Shown here piece by piece: positions 53,920 through 64,000 of a DNA stretch of 64,000 nt. The notes below the pieces were generated by a model. That model was not told the origin of the DNA. It was given only the letters and a program-made list of their open reading frames with translations, and did no database searches. Within the stretch, counting starts at the first letter, position 1. Each line of letters starts with the position of its first letter. The position numbers and the translations under genes are program-made. The DNA is from an uncultured Gammaproteobacteria bacterium (GTDB lineage Bacteria > Pseudomonadota > Gammaproteobacteria > JAURND01), in NCBI GenBank assembly GCA_963714975.1, contig CAVQQD010000003.1, positions 480,001 to 544,000 of the forward strand, in the 5' to 3' direction.

Positions 53920-54708
53920 TTAAATGTGCAAGATTTTTTTCAAAATTTTGACAATATCGTCTGGTTTATGTGGCAACATGCGACGGCTTAAAGAAGCATG
54001 AGTAGTCAAATAAGCCTTCAATTTAAAATAGGTAGTAAAATTGGGTTTATCTAATTTTAAGTAAGCTGGGATTGGCAATCCTAGAGTTTGGAACCTACGA
54101 ATTATTTCTGGCCAAGTTTCTTGGTCCAAAAGTTCCTTTTTTTCAATTTCAGATAATTCCACGCCAGAAGCTGCTAGGTCATCAGCAATTTCAGATAAAT
54201 GGTGGCGACGATAATCTTCCCAGGCTTGATCATGCACTTGCGTGAGTTCGACTACTTGTTTCTTAAATCCTCGGATTTGTGGTTCCAATGCCACGAGGTG
54301 AGCATGAGTTTGTGAAATCAGTTTATGAGATTCTTCTAGGGCGGTTAATGATTCCAACAATTCTTCTTTTTCTGCATCAGCGACTTCAGTAAATTGATCA
54401 CGTAATGCTTGGATAGTATCTTGAGTCGCTTTGCGTTGTTTTTGGCTTTGTTCGATGGCTTCCAGCACTTCTAAATGTAACTTTAGGAGGTTTGCGAAGG
54501 CGACCATGGTAGGTTTAATGGTGCTCTGGGGGTTAAGTAAGGCTTCTTCTATTTGTTGTAAGGTGAGCAAGCTGGAGAATTGGAATGCGGACTTAGTTTT
54601 TTCTTTGGAGGGCAAGGAATATTTCCGGATTAGATCAGCTAAGCTTTTTAGATCGCTTAGGATCGCTCTGGCATAAGTAGAATAGTGAAATTCCTGGCGT
54701 TTTCTCAT
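53920..54708 (-). CDS. Hypothetical coiled-coil protein
   Basis: 262-aa helical ORF; no family recognised. Confidence 0.65.
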   Translation of the reverse strand: MRKRQEFHYSTYARAILSDLKSLADLIRKYSLPSKEKTKSAFQFSSLLTLQQIEEALLNPQSTIKPTMVAFANLLKLHLEVLEAIEQSQKQRKATQDTIQALRDQFTEVADAEKEELLESLTALEESHKLISQTHAHLVALEPQIRGFKKQVVELTQVHDQAWEDYRRHHLSEIADDLAASGVELSEIEKKELLDQETWPEIIRRFQTLGLPIPAYLKLDKPNFTTYFKLKAYLTTHASLSRRMLPHKPDDIVKILKKILHI

Positions 54709-54812
54709 AAAAGCTTATTTAAAGACCCGATTGAATGGGGTGGATTATAACACAGAAGCAAACTTCTGTACAAAACCTTGAATTCTAGAAACTATTCAGC
54801 CAAACTTTAGCT

Positions 54813-54946
54813 ACCTTCTCCCCTTGTGGAAGAAGGCGCCCCTTCGACAGGCTCAGGGCAGGCTGGCGGATGAGGGGTGAGTGGAGTAAGACCCCCTCTC
54901 CCTCTAACCCGCTCCCACCAACAAAAACGGTTGGGGGAGCGGGGAT
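54813..54946. repeat. Two REP-like palindromes
   Basis: Same family as 7484 and 30810, followed by a CCCCTCTCCCTCTAACCC...GGGGATT hairpin. Confidence 0.78.
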
Positions 54947-54973
54947 TAAGGTAACCATACAAGGAAAAGTCCC

Positions 54974-56359
54974 ATGCTGAATTGCTTCGCTAAACCTTCA
55001 GAGCAACCCTCCATTCCCATTATTCCCATTGTTGAGAAACAGCTTGATGAGTGGGTACAAGCTCAACAGACACGGGTACAAAATTGGGTACAATCTACAT
55101 ATTTTCGGGCGAAATCAGGGAATGTAGGTTTGCTTTGTGATGTACAAGGCAAACTTGAGAAAGTTTTGGTTGGGATGAGCAACCCCCAGGATTTAGCCGT
55201 GTTTGGGTTATTAGCCACGCAACTGCCCAAAGGGAATTATCATATTGGTGTAGAATATGCTGCCCCGCAAAATTATCATGCCTATTTAGCTTGGGGATTG
55301 GCAAGCTATCAGTTTACTCCCTATAAAAAATTCCCCGCTTTAGAGGCTAAATTAATTTTAGCCGAACAAGGTTTGGATACTAGCTATTTAGAGGCGGTAT
55401 TAAGAGCCACTTATTTGGTTCGCGATTTAATTAATACTCCTGCAGAAGATATGACGCCAGCCGATATCGCTGAGGCTGCCATGGAACTCGCGGATGAATT
55501 TGGCGCTCGAGTCAACAAAGTAATCGGTGATGATTTATTAAAAGAAGGCTATCCCACTATCTATGCCGTAGGCAAGGGAAGCCCACATGCTCCGCATTTC
55601 ATTGATCTGCGCTGGGGAGAGGCTCATCATCCCAAGGTAACTTTGGTAGGTAAGGGTATTAGTTTTGACACGGGTGGCTTGGATATTAAAAATGCCGCGG
55701 GTATGAGCTTGATGAAAAAAGATATGGCAGGTGCTGCTCATGTTTTGGGGTTAGCACGAGTCGTCATGGCGTTAAAATTGCCGATCAACTTACGAGTGTT
55801 GATTGCGGCTGCTGAAAATGCGGTTTCAGGGGAAGCCTATCATCCTGGCGATGTGATTGTCACGCGTAAGGGTTTGAGTGTCGAAGTCACGAATACCGAT
55901 GCCGAAGGGCGTTTGGTGTTGTGCGATGCCCTAGCAGAAGCGGTGACGGAAAAGCCTGAGTTATTGCTGGATTTTGCCAGTCTCACTGGCGCTGCTCGAG
56001 TGGCCCTCGGTACTGAGGTTTCCGCAATGTTTACTGCCGATGATCACTTGGCGCAAGGCCTGATGGAGTGTGCGCAAAAAGAAAATGATCCGCTTTGGCG
56101 CTTGCCTCTGCATACCCCCTATCGAAAGTTGTTAGACAGTAAAATTGCTGATATTACCAATGCTTCTTCTTCTGCTTATGGGGGTGCAATTACGGCGGCG
56201 CTATTTCTGAAAGAATTTGTACCGGATGAAATTGTCTGGGCGCATTTCGATATTATGGCTTGGAATGTTGCGGGTAAAATGGGCCTATCCGAAGGAGGAG
56301 AAGCCACGGCGTTACGGGCTACGGCCGCTTATTTGTGTCAGCGTTTTGGTCGGCTTTAA
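54974..56359 (+). CDS. M17 leucyl aminopeptidase (PepB-like)
   Basis: VGKGISFDTGG, MKKDMAGAA, NTDAEGRL. Confidence 0.94.
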   Translation: MLNCFAKPSEQPSIPIIPIVEKQLDEWVQAQQTRVQNWVQSTYFRAKSGNVGLLCDVQGKLEKVLVGMSNPQDLAVFGLLATQLPKGNYHIGVEYAAPQNYHAYLAWGLASYQFTPYKKFPALEAKLILAEQGLDTSYLEAVLRATYLVRDLINTPAEDMTPADIAEAAMELADEFGARVNKVIGDDLLKEGYPTIYAVGKGSPHAPHFIDLRWGEAHHPKVTLVGKGISFDTGGLDIKNAAGMSLMKKDMAGAAHVLGLARVVMALKLPINLRVLIAAAENAVSGEAYHPGDVIVTRKGLSVEVTNTDAEGRLVLCDALAEAVTEKPELLLDFASLTGAARVALGTEVSAMFTADDHLAQGLMECAQKENDPLWRLPLHTPYRKLLDSKIADITNASSSAYGGAITAALFLKEFVPDEIVWAHFDIMAWNVAGKMGLSEGGEATALRATAAYLCQRFGRL

Positions 56360-56383
56360 TACGGTTTTAATAGGGATATTAAT

Positions 56384-58663
56384 TTGTCAGTTTTGCTTTG
56401 GATTTTATTGCTGATTGTTATCAGTGCGGTAATTATTTCGACTGTCCCTAAGTTTCGAATCAGGCTCGTGACCCTGAGAATACTGAAATATTTTCGTTAT
56501 GTGTTACCTCCTATTCATGATACTGAGCGTGATGCTATCGAAGCAGGTCATGTGTGGTGGGAAGGTGAATTGTTTCGAGGTAATCCTGATTGGCAAAAGC
56601 TTGCTGCTATTCCAAAAGCTCAGTTGACCCAGGAAGAGCAGGATTTTTTAAATAACCAAGTAGAATCCCTGTGCACATTGCTGGATGATTGGGAGATCGT
56701 GACCCAGGGGCAATTTCCTCCTGCCGTTTGGGATTTTTTAAAACAAGAACGATTTTTTGGGTTAACGATCAGCAAACAATATGGTGGCTTAGGGTTTTCA
56801 GCCTTGGCGCAATCACATATTATCAGCAAAATTTCTAGCCGTAGTTCCAGTGTCGGAGTAACCGTCATGGTCCCCAATGCATTGGGTCCGGCTGAATTCT
56901 TACAACACTATGGAACCGACGAACAACGAAACTACTATTTACCTCGTTTAGCACAGGGTTTAGAAATTCCTGCTTTTGCTTTAACTTCGCCAGAATCAGG
57001 GAGTGATGCCAGTCATCTTCGGGATACAGGAATTGTTTGTGAAGGTGATTACGAAGGCAAGCAAGTTTTAGGTATCCGATTGTGTTGGAGCAAACGTTAT
57101 ATCACCCTAGCCCCATTGGCCAGCTTAATTGTTTTGGCAGTGAAGCTTTATGACCCGCAACTTTTATTAGGTCAGCAGGAAGACATAGGAATTACTTTAT
57201 GTTTGGTGCCTACGCATCTTCCCGGTGTTACTACTGGAGCGAGGCATTCTCCATTAGGTTTGGCTTTTCTTAATGGTCCCACTGCTGGAAAGGATGTGTT
57301 TATTCCTTTAGAGTTTGTGATTGGCGGAGTGGAATATTGTGGTCAAGGATGGCGGATGCTGATGGAGGGTTTGGCTGCTGGACGTGGCATTTCCTTGCCA
57401 GCTCTTAGTACGGCAGCGGCGAAACTTTGTTATCGGATGACGGGTGTCTATGCCAGCATCCGCGAGCAATTTGGGGTTCCTATTGGGCAATTTGAAGGGA
57501 TTGAAGAAGCTTTGGCAACCATAGGGGGCTTCACTTATCAGTGCGAAGCGGCACGACTTTTTACCTTGGATGGCATCAATCTAGGTATTAAGCCGGCTTT
57601 AGTGGCTGCTATAGCAAAATACCATATTACTGAAATGGCCCGTGTAGTCGTTGACCTCGCTATGGATATTCATGCCGGTCGAGGTATTCAATTAGGTCCG
57701 CGCAATTATTTAGGCCTGTTATATCAATTCTCTCCGATTGGGATTACGGTTGAGGGTGCTAATATTTTGACCCGCAATCTCATTATCTTTGGTCAGGGAG
57801 CGATGCGCTGCCATCCTTTTCTTCAAGAAGAAGTGGCTGCAGCCAATCAGCCTGATGTTGAGGCGGTGCCCTTATTTGACGCTTTACTTTGTCGGCATTT
57901 GCGCTATGTGGTGATCAACTTATTTCGGGTGGTGGCTTATGGTCTCACTGGGGGTTTGCTCATTCATTCGCCTCTGCCAGAGCCGGTGGCTCAATATACT
58001 CGGCAATTAACCCGAATGAGCGCTGCACTGGCTTTAAGCACGGATGTTATTTTGGCAGTATTAGGTGGGCAATTAAAAAGAAAGGAACGCATTTCGGCAC
58101 GTTTGGGAGACGTTTTAAGCCAGCTGTTCCTGGCCTCAGCTGCGATTAAATATTATTTGGATTGTGGGCAACCCCAGGAAGATCAGCCTTTTCTGCATTG
58201 GACCCTGCGCAATTGTTTGTACAAAATGCAGGTGGCATTGGATAATTTGTTACATAATTTTCGGCCGCGTTGGTTAGGTTGCCTAATGCATTTTCTGATT
58301 TTTCCCTGGGGGAGAGCTTATAAGCCGCCCGAGGATAAAATGGATCACGCTTTAGCAACAGCGGTGATGACTTTTTCGGCACAGCGTGATCGTCTGACTG
58401 AGCATTGTCATATCAGCCAAAACGTGCAAGATGCCACGGGACGGATGGAGAGAATTAGCAAGATTTTAACCCAAACCGAGCAGACCCGAGAAAAATTACG
58501 ACAAGCTATTGCTAAACAACAAATCCCTAAGTCAGCAACCGAGCTAGAACAAATTACCCTAGCGGAACAACTGGGCATCTGTTCAGAGAATGAGATACAA
58601 TGCTGGAAAGAATTGGCAGAATTGCGATGGGAGGCCATCCAAGTCGATGAATTTAGGACTTGA
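56384..58663 (+). CDS. fadE: Acyl-CoA dehydrogenase
   Basis: VMVPNALGPAE, FALTSPESGSDA, KRYITLAP, ITVEGANILTR, IFGQGAMRCHP. Confidence 0.92.
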   Translation: MSVLLWILLLIVISAVIISTVPKFRIRLVTLRILKYFRYVLPPIHDTERDAIEAGHVWWEGELFRGNPDWQKLAAIPKAQLTQEEQDFLNNQVESLCTLLDDWEIVTQGQFPPAVWDFLKQERFFGLTISKQYGGLGFSALAQSHIISKISSRSSSVGVTVMVPNALGPAEFLQHYGTDEQRNYYLPRLAQGLEIPAFALTSPESGSDASHLRDTGIVCEGDYEGKQVLGIRLCWSKRYITLAPLASLIVLAVKLYDPQLLLGQQEDIGITLCLVPTHLPGVTTGARHSPLGLAFLNGPTAGKDVFIPLEFVIGGVEYCGQGWRMLMEGLAAGRGISLPALSTAAAKLCYRMTGVYASIREQFGVPIGQFEGIEEALATIGGFTYQCEAARLFTLDGINLGIKPALVAAIAKYHITEMARVVVDLAMDIHAGRGIQLGPRNYLGLLYQFSPIGITVEGANILTRNLIIFGQGAMRCHPFLQEEVAAANQPDVEAVPLFDALLCRHLRYVVINLFRVVAYGLTGGLLIHSPLPEPVAQYTRQLTRMSAALALSTDVILAVLGGQLKRKERISARLGDVLSQLFLASAAIKYYLDCGQPQEDQPFLHWTLRNCLYKMQVALDNLLHNFRPRWLGCLMHFLIFPWGRAYKPPEDKMDHALATAVMTFSAQRDRLTEHCHISQNVQDATGRMERISKILTQTEQTREKLRQAIAKQQIPKSATELEQITLAEQLGICSENEIQCWKELAELRWEAIQVDEFRT

Positions 58664-58679
58664 GGGGGAATGAGACTTA

Positions 58680-58843
58680 CCCCTCATCCGCCAGCCTGCC
58701 CTAGCCTGTCGAAGGGGCACCTTCTCCCACAAGGGGAGAAGGAATCACGGCGAAGGTGCGGGTTAAAGGGGTTTCATTAAATCCCCTCTCCCCCACCCGA
58801 GCGTCAGCGAGGGAAGGTGGGAGAGGGCTAGGGAGAGGGGGAA
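58680..58843. repeat. Two REP-like palindromes (the first is an inverted copy of the 7484 type)
   Basis: CCCCTCATCCGCCAGCCTGCCC...GGAGAAGGAA and CCCTCTCCCCCACCCGAGCGTCAGCGAGGGAAGGTGGGAGAGGG. Confidence 0.82.
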
Positions 58844-58846
58844 TCA

Positions 58847-60151
58847 ATGCAACAAAATCAGCCAAAATATGCCCGTGATGTTTTTATCGTCGATGGGGTT
58901 CGCACTCCGTTTTTAAAAGCTCGCAGTCATCCAGGTCCATTTTCTGCTAGTGCTCTTGCGATGGATGCCGCCAGAGCACTGTTATTACGTCAACCATTTC
59001 AACCCAGCGACCTCGATGAAGTCGTGATGGGCTGTATTATGCCAAGCCCTGATGAGGCCAATATTGCTCGGATTATTTCCCTACGCCTAGGTTGTGGAAA
59101 GTCGGTACCCGCTTGGACAGTCCAGCGCAATTGTGGGTCGGGGATGCAAGCCGTGGATTCTGCAGCTCAGGACATTGCGACGGGCCAGTATGATTTAGTG
59201 CTAGCCGGTGGCACTGAAGCGATGAGTCATGCTCCCTTGTTGTGGAATGAAGAGATGGTGAATTGGTTGGCAAATTGGCGAGCTAAACGCCGTTCAGAAG
59301 AACGGCTGCGCCTATTATTTGCGCTACGACCCCGGTTTTTTCGGCCCATAATTGCCCTCTTACATGGTTTATCCGACCCAGTAGTCGGGCTGAATATGGG
59401 GCAAACGGCAGAAGTGTTGGCTTATCGCTTTGGAATTACTCGGGAACAAATGGATGCATTTTCAGTGCGAAGCCATCGACGTTTAGCTGAAGCACAAAAT
59501 CGCGGTTACTTAACCAATGAAGTTACCCCTGCTTATACTGCTCAGGGAAATTACTATGAGCTTGATGATGGTCTGCGCTTGGATAGTACGCTTGAGAGTT
59601 TAGCGAAACTTAAGCCCTTTTTTGATAAGAGATTTGGGATGGTAACTGCAGGCAATAGTTCGCAAGTCAGTGACGGAGCAGCCATGCTCATTCTTGCGAG
59701 TGAAACCGCCGTGGCGCGCTATAATTTGCCGGTTTTAGGCAAGATTGTCGATAGTCATTGGGCGGGGGTTGAGCCTGAAACTATGGGTTTAGGGCCAGTC
59801 TATGCAGCGACACCCTTGTTACAACGGCAGCAGTTAAACTTAGAAGATATCGATTATTGGGAGATCAATGAGGCCTTTGCAGCGCAAGTATTAGCCTGTT
59901 TAGCGGCCTGGGAAAGTGAAGAATATTGTCGTAGCAATTTAGGCTTATCTCAGGCCTTAGGTGTATTGAATCAAGAGCGTCTTAATGTCGATGGTGGAGC
60001 AATTGCTTTAGGTCACCCGGTGGGAAGCAGCGGCGCACGCATCGTATTACATGCATTGAATGTGTTACAGCGTAATCAGTGGAATCGAGCTGTGGCTACC
60101 CTCTGCATTGGCGGAGGTCAAGGCGGTGCGATGTTATTGGAGAGAGCTTAA
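58847..60151 (+). CDS. Acetyl-CoA acyltransferase (thiolase, FadI/FadA type)
   Basis: VQRNCGSG, TAGNSSQVSDGA, EINEAFA, GHPVG, CIGGGQG. Confidence 0.94.
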   Translation: MQQNQPKYARDVFIVDGVRTPFLKARSHPGPFSASALAMDAARALLLRQPFQPSDLDEVVMGCIMPSPDEANIARIISLRLGCGKSVPAWTVQRNCGSGMQAVDSAAQDIATGQYDLVLAGGTEAMSHAPLLWNEEMVNWLANWRAKRRSEERLRLLFALRPRFFRPIIALLHGLSDPVVGLNMGQTAEVLAYRFGITREQMDAFSVRSHRRLAEAQNRGYLTNEVTPAYTAQGNYYELDDGLRLDSTLESLAKLKPFFDKRFGMVTAGNSSQVSDGAAMLILASETAVARYNLPVLGKIVDSHWAGVEPETMGLGPVYAATPLLQRQQLNLEDIDYWEINEAFAAQVLACLAAWESEEYCRSNLGLSQALGVLNQERLNVDGGAIALGHPVGSSGARIVLHALNVLQRNQWNRAVATLCIGGGQGGAMLLERA

Positions 60152-60153
60152 TT

Positions 60154-62193
60154 ATGGATACCTATACACACTGGAAAGTAACGGTTGATGCCGATCGCTT
60201 ATTATGGCTTAGCTTGGATCGAGCAGGCTCTGCGGTTAATTCATTGCATCGAGAGGTCATCAATGAATTAAGTAATTTGCTTGAAGTAATTGAGGCCACT
60301 GCTGACTTGGCAGGGGTCATTATTTTATCCGGCAAAAAATCGGGCTTCATTGCCGGGGCAGCCATTGAGCAATTTGTCGAATTACAGGATGAAGAGCAGG
60401 CTTTTACCCTCGTGCGGCAGGCGCAAGAAGTATTTTCTCGCTTGGAATCATTAAAAGTTCCGTCTGTGGCAATGATTCGGGGATTTTGTTTAGGGGGAGG
60501 TTTGGAGTTAGCGCTTGCTTGTACTTATCGGGTGGCTGAGGAGGACAAATCCCAATTAGGCGCCCCTGAAGTGAAATTAGGTTTGATTCCAGGATTTGGT
60601 GGAACCGTGCGTCTGCCGCGTTTAGTCGGGGTCATGTCGGCCATGGATATTAATTTAACCGGGCGCGTGATCAATGCCAAAGCAGCGGCTAAGATTGGCT
60701 TGGTGGATGCTGCAGTGCCGCTGCGTCATTTAGAACGTGCGGCACGGTATTTTGCGCTCAATAAACCCCCGGTCCACCGACCGCCTCCTTGGCAAACTCC
60801 GCTGGGTTATCCTTGGCTCAGGCCGATCGTGGCGAAACTGTTCTATAAAAAATTGGCCGCCAAAGTCAATAAGTCGCACTATCCTGCGCCCTATGTGATT
60901 GTTGACAATTGGGTCCATAATGGAGCAGTGGGTGAGAAGGCCATGAATCAGGAGGCCAAATCCATTGCTAAGTTGTTAGTCTCTGACACCAGTCGGAATT
61001 TGGTGCACGTATTTTTCTTGCAGTCACGGCTAAAATCCCAGGGTAAAGACATCTCCTTCCCGGTGCAACATGTGCATGTGGTAGGGGCTGGGACCATGGG
61101 GGGAGACATAGCGGCTTGGTGCGCGCTGCGTGGTTTTAAGGTGACTTTGCAGGATCGAGGACCGGAATTGATTGCCCCGGCCATTAAACGTGCGCATCAG
61201 TTATTTGTTAGAAAGCTGAAGCAGCCGCGTTTAGTGCAAGCGGCTATGGACCGTCTTATCCCCGATACAGAAGGTGACGGTGTTAGTGAGGCAGAATTGG
61301 TGATAGAAGCAATCTCGGAAAATTTGCATACTAAACAAGCCTTGTATCGCTATCTCGAACCCTCGTTGCGACCGGATGCGCTTTTGGCCACTAATACTTC
61401 AAGCTTGCCCTTGCATGAGCTTGGTCAGGCCTTGGAGAATCCTGAGCGTTTAGTGGGGATACACTTTTTTAACCCCGTGGCCATGATGCAGTTGGTAGAA
61501 GTTGTGCATGGGGAGAAGACCGCCCTGGAGGTGGCTGCCAAGGCAATGAGTTTTGTCCGCCGCTTGGATAAATTGCCCGTACTGGTCAAGAGTAGTCCCG
61601 GATTTTTAGTCAATCGAATTTTAATGCCGTATTTAATGGAAGCGTTTTTATTATTAGAAGAAGGTAATCCCCCGGCGGTAATTGATAAGGCGGCAGTAAA
61701 ATTTGGGATGCCGATGGGGCCAATTGAATTAGCGGATGTGGTTGGTTTGGATATTGTGCTGGCTATTGCTGAAATTCTCATCCCTTATTATGGTGGAGAA
61801 CTTTCCATTCGGCTCAGGCAAATGGTGGAGAGGGGAGAGCTGGGGCAAAAGACCGGTCGTGGCTTTTATCAATATGAAAAAGGGAAAAAGATCGCAGAGC
61901 TTAATACCAGTAAATATTTCCATTTGTCCGATATTAGTGATCGCTTGATTTTCCGGATGCTCAATGAATCAGTCACTTGTTGGCGAGAAGAAATTGTCGC
62001 TGATTATGATTTAATCGATGCGGCGATGATTTTTGGTACGGGTTTTGCGCCATTTCGGGGTGGTCCGATGCATTACGCGAAAAACTTAGGGATTACTTCT
62101 GTGCTCGCCAAGCTAAAGACTTTGCAGGACCAGCAGGGTGAACGGTTTAAGCCGGATGAGGGTTGGGAGCAACTTTTGGAGCAAAAGCTATGA
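60154..62193 (+). CDS. fadJ: Fatty-acid oxidation complex alpha subunit (enoyl-CoA hydratase/3-hydroxyacyl-CoA dehydrogenase)
   Basis: CLGGGLELALAC, PEVKLG, VVGAGTMG, TNTSSL, HFFNP, PGFLVNR, PFRGGP. Confidence 0.9.
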   Translation: MDTYTHWKVTVDADRLLWLSLDRAGSAVNSLHREVINELSNLLEVIEATADLAGVIILSGKKSGFIAGAAIEQFVELQDEEQAFTLVRQAQEVFSRLESLKVPSVAMIRGFCLGGGLELALACTYRVAEEDKSQLGAPEVKLGLIPGFGGTVRLPRLVGVMSAMDINLTGRVINAKAAAKIGLVDAAVPLRHLERAARYFALNKPPVHRPPPWQTPLGYPWLRPIVAKLFYKKLAAKVNKSHYPAPYVIVDNWVHNGAVGEKAMNQEAKSIAKLLVSDTSRNLVHVFFLQSRLKSQGKDISFPVQHVHVVGAGTMGGDIAAWCALRGFKVTLQDRGPELIAPAIKRAHQLFVRKLKQPRLVQAAMDRLIPDTEGDGVSEAELVIEAISENLHTKQALYRYLEPSLRPDALLATNTSSLPLHELGQALENPERLVGIHFFNPVAMMQLVEVVHGEKTALEVAAKAMSFVRRLDKLPVLVKSSPGFLVNRILMPYLMEAFLLLEEGNPPAVIDKAAVKFGMPMGPIELADVVGLDIVLAIAEILIPYYGGELSIRLRQMVERGELGQKTGRGFYQYEKGKKIAELNTSKYFHLSDISDRLIFRMLNESVTCWREEIVADYDLIDAAMIFGTGFAPFRGGPMHYAKNLGITSVLAKLKTLQDQQGERFKPDEGWEQLLEQKL

Positions 62194-62669
62194 TTAGATT
62201 TATTAGACCCCCTCTCCCCCGCCCGAGCGTCAGCGAGGGAAGGTGGGAGAGGGTTAGGGAGAGGGGGTTCCAAATAATATTAACTATCCTCTGTTTCGCC
62301 TGTCTTTCAGCCTACCCCTTAGCCAAGCCCCCTGTCCCCGCGGAGGTCAAGCCGTATGCTCATGCCCAAGATTTTAGTTGGATTAGTGGCCAGCTGAAAT
62401 TTGATCCATCCACGGGATGGAACGTGGTTTACGCTGCCCAGGTTAACCCAGAACTAGCGGAATTTGGTACTGATGATGCCTTAGAAAGAGTGCGCCTCTA
62501 TGATCCGGGCATGAAATTCGACAGCCTACACTTCAAAGTGCCTAATGGTATAAAAGCAGGGGATCTGGTAATAGTGCAGGGCACATTGGCGCATGTGACC
62601 GAAATAATCCAGGGGGAAAGAGCGGGCCGCACGATGTATGAGGTAAAGTCGATTAAAAAGCAGGAATAG
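62190..62669 (+). CDS. Hypothetical exported protein with a REP-derived peptide at its N-terminus
   Basis: ATG overlaps the fadJ stop; the hydrophobic signal-like stretch follows the repeat. Confidence 0.55.
   Translation: MIRFIRPPLPRPSVSEGRWERVRERGFQIILTILCFACLSAYPLAKPPVPAEVKPYAHAQDFSWISGQLKFDPSTGWNVVYAAQVNPELAEFGTDDALERVRLYDPGMKFDSLHFKVPNGIKAGDLVIVQGTLAHVTEIIQGERAGRTMYEVKSIKKQE
62208..62267. repeat. REP-like palindrome in frame in an ORF
   Basis: Near-identical to 58782-58843. Confidence 0.82.
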
Positions 62670-62728
62670 GTCTCTTCCCCTATAGAGGGCCTCTTCTTTA
62701 ACTGTGCGAAAATTAAGGTGATTTTAAT

Positions 62729-63658
62729 TCACTGAGAATTGCTACTGCTCATGTGTGTTGCTGTAGGTGTTATAGGAAGAACCGGGGCTTTACGGCGACA
62801 ATACCATAAAGTGAAGAGAAGGAGCGCTGGTACTCCTACTGATACCGCTACCACACCAAGAATTTGTGCATTAGCCGAAAACCAATCCCTAACTGCTTTC
62901 GTATATTCCCAACCATTTTTTCCATCCAAGTAAAGAACCGTTCCAACGCTGACCACAGCAGCACCTACACCTACCCGCCAAAAAGAACAACATGGGGTTG
63001 AAGTACGCTTTTGCCTTTGACTAAAAAATTCTATCAACTCGCCCCACTCATCCTCTGGGTCAAGTAAACCATTCGCAACTGTTGGTAAATCCTCGGTTGT
63101 AGAATCCTCATTTTGCGGTAGCTTGAAAACTTGACGGAATGCCTTTGCCAACACCCCCTTCACACCCTGTGAGGCAAGTAAATCATTCGCCGCTGTTAGT
63201 AAATGCTCGGGTGTAAAATTCTCAACCTCATCTTCATCCTTTCTCTGTCCACTCCGATTAAAAAAATTAGGTAGCTCTTTTAATCCAGGGCGTTCCAGAA
63301 TCGCGCGTAGCTGCGACCCAATGAAATGTTTATTCCTGCCCCGTTTTTGGAATTTTTCAAGAAAAAGCAGAGCTATCACTTGAGTATTACTACCTGAAAG
63401 GAAATACGGACCTTTTCCATCATCTTCCCGCTCACGCTGAATATCACCAACCCAGCTCTCCACAGAATCAATCTCATACCTAGATTGGAACTGAAGGGCC
63501 TGCAATACATACACTGTATCAATAATCTCTTGGCGAATTTGCCCTGCTTTCTCAGCATCCACTACATAAACCATATCAGCAACTAGAGCATTTTTTTCTT
63601 TGATGCTGAGTTTAGTATCTCGTGGTTGTGGTGGACTAGAGTCTTTGAGTTCTTCCAT
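62729..63658 (-). CDS. Hypothetical protein with two C-terminal TM helices
   Basis: 309-aa ORF with an internal repeat (L.T.AN.LL) and hydrophobic C-terminal segments. Confidence 0.65.
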   Translation of the reverse strand: MEELKDSSPPQPRDTKLSIKEKNALVADMVYVVDAEKAGQIRQEIIDTVYVLQALQFQSRYEIDSVESWVGDIQREREDDGKGPYFLSGSNTQVIALLFLEKFQKRGRNKHFIGSQLRAILERPGLKELPNFFNRSGQRKDEDEVENFTPEHLLTAANDLLASQGVKGVLAKAFRQVFKLPQNEDSTTEDLPTVANGLLDPEDEWGELIEFFSQRQKRTSTPCCSFWRVGVGAAVVSVGTVLYLDGKNGWEYTKAVRDWFSANAQILGVVAVSVGVPALLLFTLWYCRRKAPVLPITPTATHMSSSNSQ

Positions 63659-63676
63659 ATTAACCTATTAGCTTTA

Positions 63677-63856
63677 ACCTAGATTCGGCAGTAGAAACCT
63701 ACTGCGAGGGCTTAATACATTGAATCTCTCGCTTATTTTTATATTTTTTTCTTTCACCGTACGGGTGAGTACGCCTTCAAGAAAAAAATTTAAAAATAAT
63801 CAAGATCTTCAACGTCTTAATCCCTCTCGCTACGGTTTCTACTGCCGAATCTAGGT
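63677..63856. mobile_element. 180-bp MITE with 23-bp perfect terminal inverted repeats and TTA flanks
   Basis: ACCTAGATTCGGCAGTAGAAACC at 63677-63699, reverse complement at 63834-63856; TTA on both sides. Confidence 0.8.
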
Positions 63857-64000
63857 TTAAATATTAAAAACTTTAACTATTTTACCAGTTAAGTAGACTA
63901 AAGCAACTTGAATCTCCTCTGTGCCGCTCGAGTGCGGCTGGAAACAGGAGGGAGAGGGGATTTATTCAACAACGCCCTTTTAAGCGGGAGAGGGAATTTC

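Overview
About 42% GC bacterial chromosome segment. Gene content and order suggest a Legionellales/Coxiellales-like gammaproteobacterium (inference): mnmG-rsmG-parA-parB, multiheme cytochrome c + coxB-coxA-ctaG-coxC, ileS-lspA, fadE-thiolase-fadJ, and many orphan proteins with C-terminal membrane anchors. The standout is a complete IS110-family element (40424-41725). Its left non-coding end reads directly as a bridge RNA: all four guide segments match the target and donor junctions around an AT core, and a promoter forms only on circularisation. The element sits inside a dispersed palindromic repeat that has further unoccupied target-like sites in the window. Other points of interest are an IS605-group element (intact tnpB, internally deleted tnpA), a stand-alone A-T-TE NRPS-like gene ending in -SKL, and a circularly permuted PP2C phosphatase. 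There is also a tandem duplication between mnmG and rsmG with visible scars, a DnaA-box cluster, a MITE, and many REP-like hairpins, some translated in frame. Frameshifts and stops in essential genes at 25.7-36.3 kb are most likely assembly errors. No rRNA, tRNA or CRISPR array was recognised.
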